In this document: positions 24,253 to 38,501 of the stretch, piece by piece
Position numbering within the stretch: the first letter of the stretch is position 1
How the letters are laid out: every line of letters begins with the position of its first letter
Origin: Octopus sinensis
Taxonomy: Eukaryota
NCBI RefSeq assembly: GCF_006345805.1
Contig: NC_043001.1
Location: forward strand, 132,060,001-132,124,000
Length of the DNA: 64,000 nucleotides
Direction of reading: 5' to 3'
Notes under the pieces: model-generated
Told to the model about the DNA's origin: nothing
What the model saw: only the letters and a program-made list of their open reading frames with translations
The model's database searches: none
Made by a program: the position numbers and the translations under genes

Positions 24253-24952
24253 GCCCTGATGCAGTACCAGGCAGCGGCTCTCATGGCTTCTGATCTTAAC
24301 TGATTGGAAGTGTAATCATGTACATTGTTTTGTCTTCCTATTAAAGATGGGCTACAGCAAATATTCTGCTCAATATCACAGATTTGCTTGCCAGTTGTTT
24401 GACCTTAACCAGTCGAGCATGTCCCTTAGTGGCTGACAATATGTGCATCTCTGATCATGAGCAGAAGTAGTGGGGGAGCATCATAGCCACGTGTTGAGAG
24501 GAATTCTTTGGGGTTTGAATAATTTACCTCTGAGAACATGAGTGCTTTGTTCAACATCCTTAAACAACCCTTCGCCGAGGTCAACTTTGCCTTTCATCCT
24601 TTCGGGGTCAATAAATAAAGTGCCAGTTTCCCACTGGGGTCGATGTAATCGACTTAATCCCTTTGTGTGTTCTTGTTTGTTCCCTCTATGTTTAGTCCCT
24701 TGTGGGCAGTAAAAAAAAAAATACATTTGAGTGGAATGGGCTACTCAACCTGAAGAAAATTCTAACCGGGCCCCACCTGCAAAGTCATGCATTGTTTATC
24801 TTAATACAAGATCACCATTTTCTGCATATGTGGTTGTGATGCATGTGCCTGGCGTACGCTTATCGGGCAGGTGTTCATGATGGATATATTGGGATTCATA
24901 TATTTTTACTCCGGTGTCACTTTCATGGCATGCACTGCTCTCTCACTCAATA
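24253..24952 (+). mobile_element. second copy of the ~557-bp element, with a nested 5'-truncated SINE-D (24573-24723)
   Basis: colinear with 11766-12322 on both sides of the insertion. Confidence 0.8.
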
Positions 24953-25110
24953 AGTTCAAATTCCGCCGAGGTCGACTTTGCCTTTCATCCTTTCAGGGTC
25001 GATAAATAAAACTACCAGTTTCGCACTGGGGTCGATGTAATCGACTTAATCCGTTTGTTTGTCCTTGTTCGTCCTCTCTATGTTTAGCCCCTTGTGGGTA
25101 GTAAAGAAAT
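24953..25110 (+). mobile_element. 5'-truncated SINE family D
   Basis: GTTCAAATTCCGCCGAGGTCGAC...GTAGTAAAGAAATA. Confidence 0.85.
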
Positions 25111-25121
25111 AAATAATAATA

Positions 25122-25156
<35 letters not shown>

Positions 25157-25158
<2 letters not shown>

Positions 25159-25598
25159 CCTTTCTACTATAGGCACAAGGCCTGATATTCTGGGGGTGAG
25201 GAATTACATCAAATTCCAGAATTCAACTGGTACTTATTTTACCAACCCCAAAGGGAGGAAAATTAAAGTCAACCTTGACAGAATTTGAACTCAGAACATA
25301 AAGACAGACAAAATGCTACCCAGCATCTTGTCCTGCAGGCTAATAATTCCGCCAAATAATGACAATAGCAATAATAATAATAATAATAATAATATTGCTT
25401 GCAGTTTAAGCACAAGGCCAGCAATTTTGAAGAGAGGAGGTCAGTTGATCACATTGTCACCAGTACTAGACTGGTGCATTATTTGATTGGCTCTAGAACA
25501 AAGAAAAGTACAGCTGACCCCTTAACTACACAGATCTGAAAAAATGCCACAAGACATATTGATCAATGCTCTAACTATTCTGCCAACCTACCGCCCTT
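25157..25598 (-). mobile_element. two old short-tail SINE-D copies (25157-25355 and 25395-25598)
   Basis: plus strand shows GGCACAAGGCC tails and diverged heads ending CTGCCAACCTACCGCC. Confidence 0.65.
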
Positions 25599-26121
25599 AG
25601 TAGTAGTAGTAGTAGTAGTATAGTAGTAGTAGTAGTAGTGTAGTAGTGTTGATGGCAGCGGTGGCAGTGGTGCTGCTGCTAGTGATGATAGCGATATTAG
25701 TAACAGCAGCAGCAGCAGCAGTTCAATTAGAAGATTGACTTTCTTGATTGAACAATATTTCAACAGAACATCTTTCTAATCCCCTCCTTTCCCACTTCAT
25801 CGTCATCTGAATTATTCTTTTACCATGCTGAATCAGCTGTACAACAAATCCTCATTCGTTGTGACCAAGTATCAACTTCCAGATCTTCATATTTCACACC
25901 AAACAGGCTTCCTCAGCCACAAGGACTTTCCACTGATGACACATTTAAGTCCTCCCACAAACTGAACCAGTAAACCAGTCATGATTCCAGATCCAAATAA
26001 CAATGGCTTTTTTTTTCTTCTCAGTACTGCTAACTGTACTAATTGCGACCAGATTCATGAGCACTACCCCCTCCCCAATAAACACAAGTTGTGCTGCTGG
26101 TAAAATGAACAATTTCTTTCC

Positions 26122-26285
26122 AGGCGCAGGAGTGGCTGTGTGGTAAGTAGCTTGCTAACCAACCACATGGTTCCGGGTTCAGTCCCACTGCATGGCATCT
26201 TGGGCAAGTGTCTTCTGCTATAGCCCCGGGCCGACCAATGCCTTGTGAGTGGATTTGGTAGACGGAAACTGAAAGAAGCCTGTCG

Positions 26286-26324
<39 letters not shown>

Positions 26325-26540
26325 TTGTGTGTCTGTGTTTGTCCCCCTAGCATTGCTTGACAACCGATGCTGGTGTGTTTATGTCCCCGTCACTTAGCGG
26401 TTCGGCAAAAGAAACCGATAGAATAAGTACTGGGCTTACAAAGAATAAGTCCTGGGGTCGAGTTGCTCGATTAAAGGCGGTGCTCCAGCATGGCCGCAGT
26501 CAAATGACTGAAACAAGTAAAAGAGCAAAAGAGTAAGAGC
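26122..26540 (+). mobile_element. SINE family A, young copy
   Basis: highly similar to the 517, 35657 and 52491 copies. Confidence 0.92.
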
Positions 26541-27314
26541 ATTAAAGTCTATGTAAAAATGTGTAACTAACGGTTAACAAAGTATTTGATTTTAATAGAA
26601 TAATGCAATAGGATTCAGTTAGGCAAGAAAGTTAGATGAATACAAGTTTACATGTATATCTACAAGCAGAAGCTCGAGTGATTAGGCAGCATTTCAAGAA
26701 ATTATTAACAAGTATATCCACACTACTTGTCATTATATCTAAGACCACTTTTATGTCTCGTGGTTAATTATCCTGTCAAAAAAATCTGTTAAGAAAGAGA
26801 GGCACCCACCTGTGAGGGCAATAATCTACAGAAATATGTCAATGCCTTTCTGAAACTATTATGAATAACTGTAGGTAATTTTCTTAAGCTAATCAACAGG
26901 ATCAATATAAAATTAATCAGTACCTAGTTATAATAACAATAAAACTAAAAAGAGAAAATTTCTTCGAATTTAAATAAATATTCAATTTATACCTCCATGC
27001 ACATAAACCAAATGAACAACACATTTACACTTATAAATATGTATATTGAAAAGTAAAATACATCTAGCACATACATACCTACAATCATACATATGCACAC
27101 ATGCACGCACACACACACACACATACACACCTATATATTTATACACAAAGCTAATCAAGTACATGATCATGTATAAGCAAATGTAATTATAAAAGCATGA
27201 GTCATGTTTATATAAGATATTTTCGTTCCAAATGTTAGTTTAAGAAAAACGTAAGAGAAAATTGAAAATTTGCTTCATTTAGGGTACACGTACACACACT
27301 CACACACACACAGA

Positions 27315-27715
27315 GTCTTATTTGGCATGGTTTCTATGGCCGGATGCCCCTCCTAACACCAACCACTTTACAGAGTGTGCTGGGTGCTTTTAATGTGGCA
27401 CTACATGAGCACTTACATGTAGCACTGACATTACTTTTTATTTGGTACCAACACAGGACTCTTGCATACCAATCCTCTTCACCAAGGGGAGCAGCCTTAA
27501 CAGTTCTTAACAGCAAAAGTGCCAGGTATCTTGGTCTTTTGTCATCTCATCTGAAAGGCTCAGCATCCTGAGGTCATCCCTCAGTATTCTGTCCCATGTC
27601 TTCCTGGGTTTCCCTCTTCCACATGTTCCATCTACTTTGAGAGATCAGCACATCTTTATGGAGCTGTTGGCATACATCCACATTACATGACCAAACCAGC
27701 ACAGTCTTCTCTCTA
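27315..27715 (-). mobile_element. RTE LINE 3' end
   Basis: minus strand encodes a degenerate CGRGKPRKTWDRILRDDLRML motif followed by the RTE UTR. Confidence 0.75.
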
Positions 27716-28530
27716 CAATGTGCATATAAGTTTACATGTGTGTAAATACATATGTGATCTTTATACTGTACTTAAGATATACCAACATGCTACTTAAGTT
27801 TCGTGCAAGTTGGTATTTGCACTCCTTAGGGATGCCATCTTTTCATTAGGTCCAACAAAAAAGTAAGGCAACTTGATAACAAACAGAAAAGGGCAATTAA
27901 AAGCAAGGGCAATTATTTTAAGAAATAGCAGTGGGTCATAATTCCCATTTGAGTTAGTTAGGATTAGACAGGAAGGAGGAGGGGGTCATAATTCATATTT
28001 TAACTAGTCATATTAAGTCTTTTAATGATTTGTGCATTTCCCAGAAAACAAATCTTAGGTTTATGTAATTTCAGATCCTTCTATCACATGCAAAAAATTG
28101 TTTGACTATAAGGTCACATGAATTCGTATAAGGAATGCCATGTTCATAATGAGTTTGTGTGAAAATGTAATATTTGTAGGAAATGGAGAACTTTTGAAGG
28201 TTTGCTTATTCTCAGCAATATAACTGAGAAAGTGTATAGGGTAGGTGAAGTGATGTTTATGAGAGTATATCCGATAGGAATTTTGTCGTGAAGGTATCTA
28301 CTAAGTTATATCAAGAGATGTGCAATGTGAATTTCATATCAAACAAGAGGATGCCTTCCATGATCAAGTATCATTCTGGCATTTTCCAGTTGGCTACAAT
28401 GAATTTTCCAGCATGCAGATATCTATTAAAGAAATCTTCCCTTGTATGTCAGCAGCTGCCAAAGACTTTCTTAATATATTTGCCTTCTTCATTGTTCAAA
28501 ACTGATATTTCCTTGTTCTATTTATGTACA

Positions 28531-28852
28531 GTGGAGGTGCAATGGCCCAGTGGTTAGGGCAACGAACTCGCGGTCGGAGGATTGCGGTTTCAATTCCCAG
28601 ACCAGGCATTGTGTGTGTTTATTGAGCGAAAACACCTAAAGCTCCATGAGGCTCTGGCAGGGGGTGGTGGAGACCCCTGTTGTACTCTTTCGCCCCAACT
28701 TTCTCTCACTCTTTCTTCATGTTTCTTGAGTAATGCTGCAATGGACTGGCGTCCCGTCCAGCTGGGAGGAACACATACGCCATAGAAGCTGGGAAACCGG
28801 GCCCATGATCCTGGCTAGGCTTGGAAAGGGCGCATAAATAAAATAAATAAAA
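28531..28852 (+). mobile_element. SINE family B head with a different tail (type 2)
   Basis: first ~185 bp match 4209-4395, then ATGGACTGGCGTCCCGTCCAG...(TAAA)n; possible TSD ATGTACA at 28524-28530 and 28857-28863. Confidence 0.85.
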
Positions 28853-29499
28853 ATTGATGTACAATCTGAGTTGTTTGAGAATTCTCCACCTGAATACCGG
28901 TTGCTACGTTTTCATCTGGTATGACAAATAAGGCCACTTATAGAAAATACATAAACGGATGAGAAATAATAGAGCAAGAAGGTTAAAAAAAGTAAATGCA
29001 GCATGTCAATATAATTCATCATCATCATCGTTTAACGTCTGTTTTCCATGCTAGCATGGGTTGGACGGTAATTATATATAATAATGAATATGTTGTTCAT
29101 ATAGTTTAAACAAATTGAATGATTTAGATAAACTGAATGTTTATTTAGATTCAAAGAACTTTACTACTGTTATTAAACTAGATACTTATTCATTTTCTGT
29201 TGATCATTTTGATTAACTTCAGCAAATTAACTATCAATATCATAATCTGTGATGCATTCAACCAGTTTCCAAGTATGGCTGGCCAATGTCATAGAAGTTT
29301 GTTACTTGATTTCTCTAAAGAGTGTAAATGTGATTATAAAGCCTTTGTTTGAATTTACTTTTGGCAATTTATATTTCATATATAATATTTCTTCTCAGCT
29401 AGTTGGTGGGTGTTTGAGGTGGTTTAGGCTTTATACATAACCAATTCCATGTTGTACTGCTGATTTTTCAATGTAAACAGCCTGGAATTCAGTGTCTGG

Positions 29500-29680
29500 T
29501 TGGGTTACTACTGATAGACCTCTTTGTGCAGGTAAAATAGCTGTAGCTGATTTTAATGCAGCCTCCATTCAAAATCTTTCTACATCTATGATTTGCCAAA
29601 AAATGCTCATCAGAAAGGGCCAAGAATTCCTTACCTACATTTGTCATAATGTTTAAATAAAAAAGACTGCATGTGAGCCA
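29500..29680 (-). mobile_element. Penelope-like element ORF remnant (region upstream of GIY-YIG)
   Basis: LNIMTNVGKEFLALSDEHFLANHRCRKILNGGCIKISYS resembles the recalled PLE motif NVKTNIGxxFLxLIDKHFPxxHKLHKIFNRNTVKVSYS. Confidence 0.65.
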
Positions 29681-29806
29681 CATGTTTGTATGTGTGCGAG
29701 TGGGCAGGGGGGCCATGCATGCATACATGTGTAAAAAAACACATGAACACTGAGAGACGCACTTAGATAAACTGCAACAAAAAGGTGACAACACAGCAAT
29801 ATCAAG

Positions 29807-30035
29807 GCGGCGAGCTGGCAGAAACGTTAGCACGCCGGGCGAAATGCGTAGCCGTATTTCGTCTGCCGTTACGTCCTAAGTTCAAATTCCGCCGAGGTCG
29901 ACTTTGCCTTTCATCCTTTCGGGGTCGATTAAATAAGTACCAGTTACCCACTGGGGTCGATGTAATCGACTTAATCCGTTTGTCTGTCCTTGTTTGTCCC
30001 CTCTGTGTTTAGCCCCTTGTGGGCAGTAAATAAAT
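29807..30035 (+). mobile_element. SINE family D monomer
   Basis: full head plus one unit; TSD AATATCAAG at 29798-29806 and 30036-30044. Confidence 0.92.
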
Positions 30036-31819
30036 AATATCAAGTAGCTGAAAGCGAAATTAGGTACTAAGTTCATAACAAAAGGAGACACAGCCATGTC
30101 TACAACAAAATACGATACTTTCTCATTCTTTTCCTCACTCTCATACGAAGAGCGAAAACCTAAAAGATTATTTCTTCAACCCTTACAGCAAATGACCTCT
30201 CCAGACTCTTCCAGAAGCTTTTCCCACTTTGTGCCATAGCCACTAGAAGATGATTTTGTAAAAAAAAAAAAAAAAAAATTGAAGCAAAATCAGTCTTGGT
30301 AATGGGTTTGAACTAATATTTTCTGATTCAGAATTCAGTTTTTGTATCTGACACTGGTGAAGTCTCTATTGTACGTAGAATATATTAATCATTTACTCTA
30401 TCAATGGACCAAACTCTTTATATTCTTGAAGACAGATTTCATTATAAGCAAAATAAATAGCTTTTGATAGCCTTTAACTCATCTAGCCATTCACATTGGT
30501 ACATTTCTATTTTTTCATGTCTCGGTATCAAGTGACAAGTTTTATATATTTATCTATTTATTTATTTTGGTTGGGTTTTTTTTTTCTACTTCATTGTATA
30601 TGTTCCAATTAAGATTAGCTATGTAGTAGCAAGAAAGTGCTTCTTATATATGCCTTTGAATATGATCCTCATTGTCACATCCAGTGAATACAAATATTTC
30701 AGAAGAAAACATTCCCAAAGTTAAGACAATGTCTCTTTTGGTGGCATGATAAGCAAAACAGTATTAGCATATTTATTCAATATTAAAGATAGTGCAAGGA
30801 ATTTCTTATCTAAATAAAACACTTTCTATTTTGATGCTCACTTTGAAAGAAAATGGAAATCAAGCTGAAACAATTTTTTGTCAAGGGGTAAGAGACTAAG
30901 AATGATAACTTCTGCTGCACAAATTATATCTATTTCTTTTATGCAAGTCACACTTTTTTTTTATAGTGTTGATACTGAATATCAGGGTAGTGCAAATGAT
31001 AAATTAAGTTATTTGATATTTATAGTGTATCATTTTGTGATAAGCAAGAAATCTTGCTAAACATCATATCTATGATAAAAATTACAGTACAATACTATTT
31101 TATATTTTTATTATATTTTTTTCAATACATGAAAGGAAAAAAGGTTTCTTATTTCATATACATTTTTAAAAATCTAATAAAATAAAATTTAGAATACCAA
31201 AAGTTCTTAATAGGATATACTTTGCAATTTCAGTTTATCAAAAAGGAAGCCAATTGCATTAGAATTAGTGAGAAATCAATATTTCTTTTAAATGTATGTA
31301 GATTAACTATGATCTGAAAACGACTAAAATTGCTACTTTTATCACCAACAAAAAAAGAAGATAGGTATTTGAAAAACAGAGATTTGACTAACTAAAAAAT
31401 ATAAATGTTTGATGCTTCACTTTTCAAAAGCGTAGTCTACACAAATATCTATATACATCTGTACAGTAGTTGATGGAAATTAGAACTGTACCTAATAATG
31501 ATTTAAATCATGTGTTTCTAGTAACATTTGTCACATAATAATTGTTTCAAACATAGGTGCATAGGCCAGAAATATATAAGATAACTAGCAGATCGACATA
31601 AGGACTAGGGTTCATTGCAATAATTCAAAGACTGAAACTAATAAAAGTGGTAAAAAGAATACAAATTAAAATAAAGTTCAAAAGGTTTTGTAACTTCCGA
31701 AGATACAACAGCTCTTCTAATATATTTGGCAGAGGACTAGTTTCTGAATCTAGTATAAAGTTGAAAATAATGACACCTGATGTTTTTAAAACCGAAGTTA
31801 ACAATGGTAATAATATTTT

Positions 31820-33412
31820 CAAGTTGATGGAATATTCTGTTCTGTCTTAGCTTCATTGCTGATCATCATTTTACTTATTTTTGCCACTTCAGTTCAAAGA
31901 TGACAATCACTAACAAGAGTAGATGAATTTTAAGTCTCTACAGGTGATGAGTTATGTGAGTAGCTAAAAGAAAACCTCCTGTATCACAACAGTTACTAAG
32001 GCACCAGTTTCAGCTGCTTCACTGTGTGCATGAGTCCCTAAAGATAATGGACCTTTCATTACACAATCCAGTTTTTTTCTTTTTTTTTTGATGACCAAAA
32101 TATTAGAGCCATTTTATTCATATTATTTCAAACAAATATGATAAACCCACCCTGTGAAGATCCATCTTTCAAACTGACATAAGTGACATCACAATAGCTG
32201 ACTATGTTTAGCTCTGAAGGTTCTAGCAAAACAGGAAAACATATGAATCCTTTCTTTGATTTCAACTTTGATAATGTAGTTTTAGTTTCAGACAGCACCC
32301 TTATTTAGGGGTTATTTGCAGTGCTGCTCAATCTACAAACATCAACTGATACATCTAGATGAGTCTGTGTATATACCCACATTATTTGACCTTCAAGTGT
32401 TTTTAATTCAAATTTCTCTTCTTTTAACTCATCATTTTTCCTCAGTGACCCTTTTTCTTTATTTCTGTTGGACATTGATTAAACATTCAATCCTTCATAT
32501 TTGGAATGTTCCAAGTTTCTTTATAATTCTGAATAATTCTGAAGTGTATTTTTCACATTAATAACCCTTTCCAGGGCTATGACTGGCTCACATTCCTCTT
32601 TTTCTCATATTTTTACCATTGTTTTTATTTCTTATCAAGTTCTGACAGTCTTCCATGCCATTACTAAATGGACTGATTGCAGCAGTAGTACAGGTTTCAA
32701 TGTTAAGGTTTTCATTCATTTGTTAGTGATTATCGGTGTTAAACTCACCTATACTGTCACTTAAAAAAATGACCAGATGTTCCAAAATATAATGTCTGTA
32801 GTAGAAATATATTGCTGATGATCTCTTCCATTTTCTTTGTTTTAATTAATCTAACTGTAGAGTATCTAGTAGCAGCATCAATTAGATGCAGAATCCAGGA
32901 CTTGTTGTGAATGTGTTCCTTAAGATGAAAGCAAACTGTATCATTAACTTTTTTCCAAAGAAACAGACTCACCACACGTCTGAGTAAGTCTTTTAAACTT
33001 ATGATGAATATGACAAGTGTCAGAGATTTCCTTCACTAATCGTAGAAAATTGTTGTTTCCAAAAAATTTACTCTTCCGGGCTAATGACATTAGCTTTTCA
33101 TCAGAAGTATGTGCTAATTATCAATGAAGTTTTACAACTTTCTTCCTCTCTCAGCTCTGGAACACCGTTTTAAATTTCTCACATGTGTTAGGAAGGGCAT
33201 CCAGACATAAAAACCCTGCCAAAACAGACACAGTAGCCAGGTGTATTCTTCTACCTGGCCAGCTCCTGTCAACCATCCTACCCATGCATGCATCGAAGAT
33301 GGATGTTAAATGACAGTGGTGGTGGTGGTGGTGGTGGTGATGGTGATGATGGTGGTGATGGTGGTGGTGGTGGTGGTGGTGATGGTGGTCGTGGTGATGA
33401 TGATGATGATGA

Positions 33413-33490
<78 letters not shown>

Positions 33491-34745
33491 TGATGATGAT
33501 GATTAAAATATTTGATGCTTTACAATTTCCCAATAGCTTCTTGGTTAAAGGAACACAATAGCGGCATGATGATATAGGTTTTTAGTTTTACTGGTCTACT
33601 CAAAATCTAACAACAACTATTTTCAAAATTAACACAATTTCACCAGTTTTCATAGATCTATCACTTAAAAGAAGAGGTAAATCAGTCTTTACAATATTAG
33701 CTTCAATATATGCTCTGACATCCACTATAACTGGGAATTTGACCAGCTTGATAGACTTTACTGTCATTCCATTACCGAAACAAGAACTTTAGTCAGATTA
33801 ATTCATCTTAACCAAGGCCTTATCTCTATCACACAATGTATCAAGAAGCACTTTTAACCAGAGTTCTTCAGCAATTGTACAAGACCAAATAGAATCTAAT
33901 ATAGCTGAACAAAGTGTCTCTCTCACCAGAGTAGACATCTCTTTATATGAGTCATTAATCAGAATGCTTTCATCAGGTGTTTCAACATGGAATTAAGCCA
34001 TATATACCTAATCAGACCCTTTATAATGTGATTTAGATGACAGTCTTTGGCAAAATGCATAGTAGACTTCTCATAATCCTATCATTCCTACAAGACTTGA
34101 CCTAATACTACTGTAAAATTGACAGCAGTTACCCCCCCTCTCTCTCTGCAACATTTTTGTTGTCTTGTTCTATCTGATCCATAACCATTGAAGTTAACAG
34201 CCCCTAGTTCATTTCAACATGTTACAACACATTCACTCACTGAAATACTGCAAGTACTTTCTTGAGTGTGTTTTCATTTACCCATGTATCAATTAAGAAC
34301 AGGTGTGATTTGCACAAAGTTTCCATTTTCCCTAGATTATATTCATAGCATTTGGCACAAGAAGAAAAAAAAATGGGACACTTTCTGCTAAAGCAATTCT
34401 GAATTGTAATAGTCTTTTATAAAAATATTCATATTTTACAAGGAAAGCTTTCAAACTTGTACCAGACAGACATTTGCATGAGTAAAATTCTTTAAATGTC
34501 ATATATTCCCTTGTCTTTTCATCAAGCCGACAAATTTAATTGAGCTTGTAATTTATTATTTTCAAATCAATTTCTTGTTCAATTTCATGAGTTTTTAAAT
34601 TACTAAGAGATTTATGAGCATTTTTAGGAAGATTACAGAAGGTTGTAGGTCCCTGCTTGTTTTTAGGAAGATCCATGTACAGAAAGCGACTTCTAAATTG
34701 TGGCACCATAACTGATAGCCATTTTTATCAATAAGCTCAGCGACC
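31820..34745 (-). mobile_element. decayed Ty1/copia LTR retrotransposon, GalEa-like (gag-PR-INT-[RT]-RNaseH)
   Basis: gag-like YMTFKEFYS...FLVKYEYFY (~34410-34510); protease AILDS...FGNG...DLPLLLS (33648-33920); integrase WILHLIDAATRYS (32757-32975); RNase H DVTYVSLKDGSSQGGFIIF (~32134-32190); many stops, no LTRs seen. Confidence 0.8.
33185..33503 (+). mobile_element. RTE 3' UTR with expanded (GGT)/(GAT)/(GAC)n tail, nested in the copia element
   Basis: TTAGGAAGGGCATCCAG...GGATGTTAAATGA followed by a compound trinucleotide tract. Confidence 0.75.
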
Positions 34746-34774
34746 GTCACATAAAATTAGATCAGATACTAGTG

Positions 34775-34990
34775 TCATGCAACTGGCACCCGTGGTGGTG
34801 GCAGGTAACAGCACCCATTACACTTTCAGAGTGGTTTGCATTAGGAAGGGCATCAGCCATAGAAACCATGCCAAATTAGATTGGAGTCTAGTGAAACCCC
34901 TCAGCTTACCACCCTGGTAGAACCATCCAACCCATACCAGCATGGACAATGGATGTTAAATGATGATAACGATGATGCTTATAATGATGA
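34775..34990 (+). mobile_element. RTE 3' UTR remnant
   Basis: same UTR motifs and (GAT)n tail. Confidence 0.7.
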
Positions 34991-35469
34991 TGACTTATCT
35001 AAAATTGAATCCAAAAAAATAATATTCTTTTTTGTATGCTACCCCAACCTATACTTCAGTTCACTGAATAAGAAATGGTATTTCTTGCTGTAGATAAATA
35101 CCATTTCTCTACAAGAGTTAATGGCTTAGCTACCAAATGTTTACAGCTTTTATCACATATTTAAAGTCACTAGTACATACTTTTCGTAGACACACAACAA
35201 AGCATTCCTCTCTGAAATACTTTGTCTTTTTTTCCAAGGGAGGCAACACATAATTCACACTTCAGACTAAGTTTATGCACATCAGGATAACATGGGATGA
35301 ATCAGCAACCATCTGATACTCTATTTCTGCTATAGAAAGGCCACAGAAAGCACAAGTTACCCAACTGTTCCCAATTTGATGATGATGATGATGATGAAGA
35401 AGAAGAAGGAGAATTTTATCTGCTTTCCCTGCCAATGTTTCCTTATACTGCATCTTGCTTTACATGTAT

Positions 35470-35500
<31 letters not shown>

Positions 35501-35502
35501 CA

Positions 35503-35543
<41 letters not shown>

Positions 35544-35656
35544 ACGTGCTAATAGATAGAGAAAATAGCAACAACAGTACACATCTTAACATAAACTGAT
35601 GTATGCAGTCATAAGTTGTGTAAATTATCCTACTAACAGCTTTATTCTCTGTTAAA

Positions 35657-36060
35657 AGTGCAGGAGTGGCTGTGCGGTAAGTAGCTTGCTTACCAACCAC
35701 ATGGTTCCGGGTTCAGTCCCACTGCATGGCATCTTGGGCAAGTGTCTTCTACTATAGCCTCGGGCCGACCAAAGCCTTGTGAGTGGATTTGGTAGATGGA
35801 AACTCAAAGAAGCCCGTCGTGTATATGTATATATATATGTGTGTGTGTATGTTTGTGTGTCTGTGTTTGTCCCCCCCATCGCTTGACAACCGATGCTGGT
35901 GTGTTTACGTCCCCGTCACTTAGCGGTTCGGCAAAGAGACCGACAGAATAAGTACTGGGCTTACAAAGAATAAGTCCCGGGGTCGATTTGCTCGACCAAA
36001 GGCGGTGCTCCAGCATGGCCACAGTCAAATGACTGAAACAAGTAAAAGAGAAAAAGAGTA
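35657..36060 (+). mobile_element. SINE family A, young copy
   Basis: colinear with the other A copies. Confidence 0.92.
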
Positions 36061-36634
36061 TTTGTCTAAAATATTTTGTAGATTTCAGTGAATCAATATT
36101 ATGCATGCAATGCTAGAACAGCTTACAGTCAGTTATAGAAAGGCTGAGGTATAATAATACTATGAAGGAAAAAAGGTATTATAATTCAAGCAATAACAAA
36201 TACCAGTGACTGATTCTTGTGATCAGAAGGTTGATGTTATTGAATAACATATTGGGTGCGGTATTGCATAAGCTTTCTGACACCAGCTTGAAAGATATTT
36301 TAATATCTGAGAGGCATAATGGGAGACATTATGCCAACAATATTTTGTTAGAAAATGATTAATAATGAAGGCTATTCTATATTTGCTGTCAATTATAACC
36401 TTAAGAATTGTTCAAGTGTTTCAGTATTGTAGTCCCTCACTTAACCAATATTATATGCATATGTAATATTATAATATATATACATACATATTTATATGTA
36501 TATATATATATATACATTATATATATACACACACACACACATATGGATTCGCTTCCACATTAGAGTATAGTTAATTTACTTAGGAAAGGAAAATAAAAGT
36601 TAATTTGATTTTATAATAACATTGTTAATTATTT

Positions 36635-36900
36635 TGACAAGGTGATATGCAAAAGGCACCTGTACAGGTGACATGCAAAAGGTACCTGTGCCAGTGACAA
36701 GTAAAAGGTACCCATCCAGTGACACATAAAAGACACCCAGTACACTCTATGGAGTGGTTGGTGTTAGGAAGGGCATCCAGCCCTAGAAACCAAGACAAAA
36801 TAGTTTGGAACCTGGTGCAGCTCTCTGACTCAACAGTTCCAGTCAAACGATCTTACCCATACCAGAATAGAAAACATGAGCTAAATGATGATAATGATGA
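36635..36900 (+). mobile_element. RTE 3' UTR with ~25-26 bp subrepeats
   Basis: repeated GTGACATGCAAAAGGTACC-like units, then TTAGGAAGGGCATCCAGC. Confidence 0.75.
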
Positions 36901-37176
36901 TTGTTAATTACTTTGTAACTAATGAGGATGTTGCAGATGAGATCTGTTTTATAAAAAGTATTTTTATCATAGAAACTATGGCTACATCTTCTAAATGCCA
37001 CAGTGTGTAGTTTTGTGTAGAGGTGATACAATGTTCAATAAGGTTTATCCAAAAGTTGGTTATTTCTAGCTGAAAAACTATTCCTTATGCCCAGTAGTGA
37101 TGCCTGGATAGGTACTGTATGCAACTTTTAATGGTGCTGAATTGGCAAGACCTTTTGAGTGTCAGACTGGTAATAT

Positions 37177-37503
37177 TCAGAGCGTTGAGCTTACGATTGT
37201 GAGGTTGTGAACTCGAATCCCGGACCGGGCTGCGTGTTGTGTTCTTGAGCAAAGCACTTTATTTCACATTGCTCCAGTTCACTCAGCTGTAGAAATGAGT
37301 TGCGACGTCACAGGTGCCAAGCTGTATCGGCCCTTGCCTTTCCCTTGGATAACACTGATGGCGTGGAGAGGGGAGGCTGGTATGCATGGGCAACTGCTAG
37401 TCTTCCATAAACAACCTTGCCCGGACTTGTGTCTAGGAGGATAACTTTCTAGGTGCAATCCCATGGTCATTCATGACCGAAGGGGGTCTTTACCCTTTAC
37501 CCT
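37177..37503 (+). mobile_element. tRNA-derived SINE family C, slightly 5'-truncated
   Basis: B-box-like CTCGAATCCC, core GTTGTGTTCTTGAGCAAAGCACTT, tail (TTTACCC)n; matches 55409-55744. Confidence 0.88.
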
Positions 37504-37673
37504 TGGTATTCTAATTTCAAATACTGCAACAGACAACTTTAGCTTTCATCCTTTAAGATTCAACAACTAAGTTCCAGTTCTGTACCAGCATTAGGGTCGA
37601 TTCATCTCCCTCCATCTCTCTTTTTTTTTATCTGTTTATGTCTCTGCTGAAGAAGAAATTGGTTTGGAATAGG

Positions 37674-37777
37674 ATGGGCTCTGCCAGGTCTAAAATTGTC
37701 CAAGATCTGTCGGTCAGTCACAACAGTATCCCATCTCAGCAACTTCATCAGGAGTTAGCAACCCAAAGCAAGGCAAG
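37674..37777 (+). CDS. candidate first coding exon of a small plus-strand ORF (MGSARSK...)
   Basis: ATG at 37674, open to a consensus donor AAG|GTAAGT at 37778; phase matches the acceptor at 38501. Confidence 0.25.
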
Positions 37778-38501
37778 GTAAGTGGATTATTTTTCTGTAG
37801 ATTAGGAATTATCTCAACAAAACTTTCAGCAGTATAAGAAGTTGAAACAGTATCTTACAGAGATACTCATATGGAATCTTTAAACATAACTGAGTCTTTA
37901 CATCAGTACAAAACATAGTTTTATGCTGTTATCTAAGAGAACAATTAATGCAAAAATAGTTAATCTGACTTGTACTTATTTTGCTTCTGATTTTCTCAAC
38001 CATTTTAATAAATAAGGATTTGAAGTCATACACAAAGATCTTAGGACAGCAAGATCAAAGTAATACAGTAAAGTAATACAGTCATGTAAAAGAGAATTTT
38101 TTTTTTTTTTTTTCAATTTTTACAATTCTAGGATGTGTACACAGCACTTTTCAGTTTTTGTTGTTTTTAACCCCAGATCATTCTTCATTGATCAGACTTA
38201 CCTTCAAAAGTGTCTCAGCTATCACCCTTTCATTGTATAATCAAATATAATGTATTCAGAGTTACATTATCAAATGTGTACTTTCTTTTTCGACAGTGTT
38301 TTAAGAGTGATTTAGCTGTTATTTAATGTAGGTTAAACAACCTCTTAGTAGTTCCAACTTTGGTTTCTTTTATTCAGGTGTAGTTTAATGTGAAAATGCA
38401 GATAGATTTCATATGCACCTCAAAGTGGCAGACGAAATTAAATTGTCTCCCTTGTTATGTGATCATTACCAATCATTAGAATAATTTTTTTTCCTTTGCA
38501 G

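Noticed and set aside
28100-28520. Coding-looking stretch with short ORFs
   Set aside because: Probably a decayed TE, but no diagnostic motif could be assigned.
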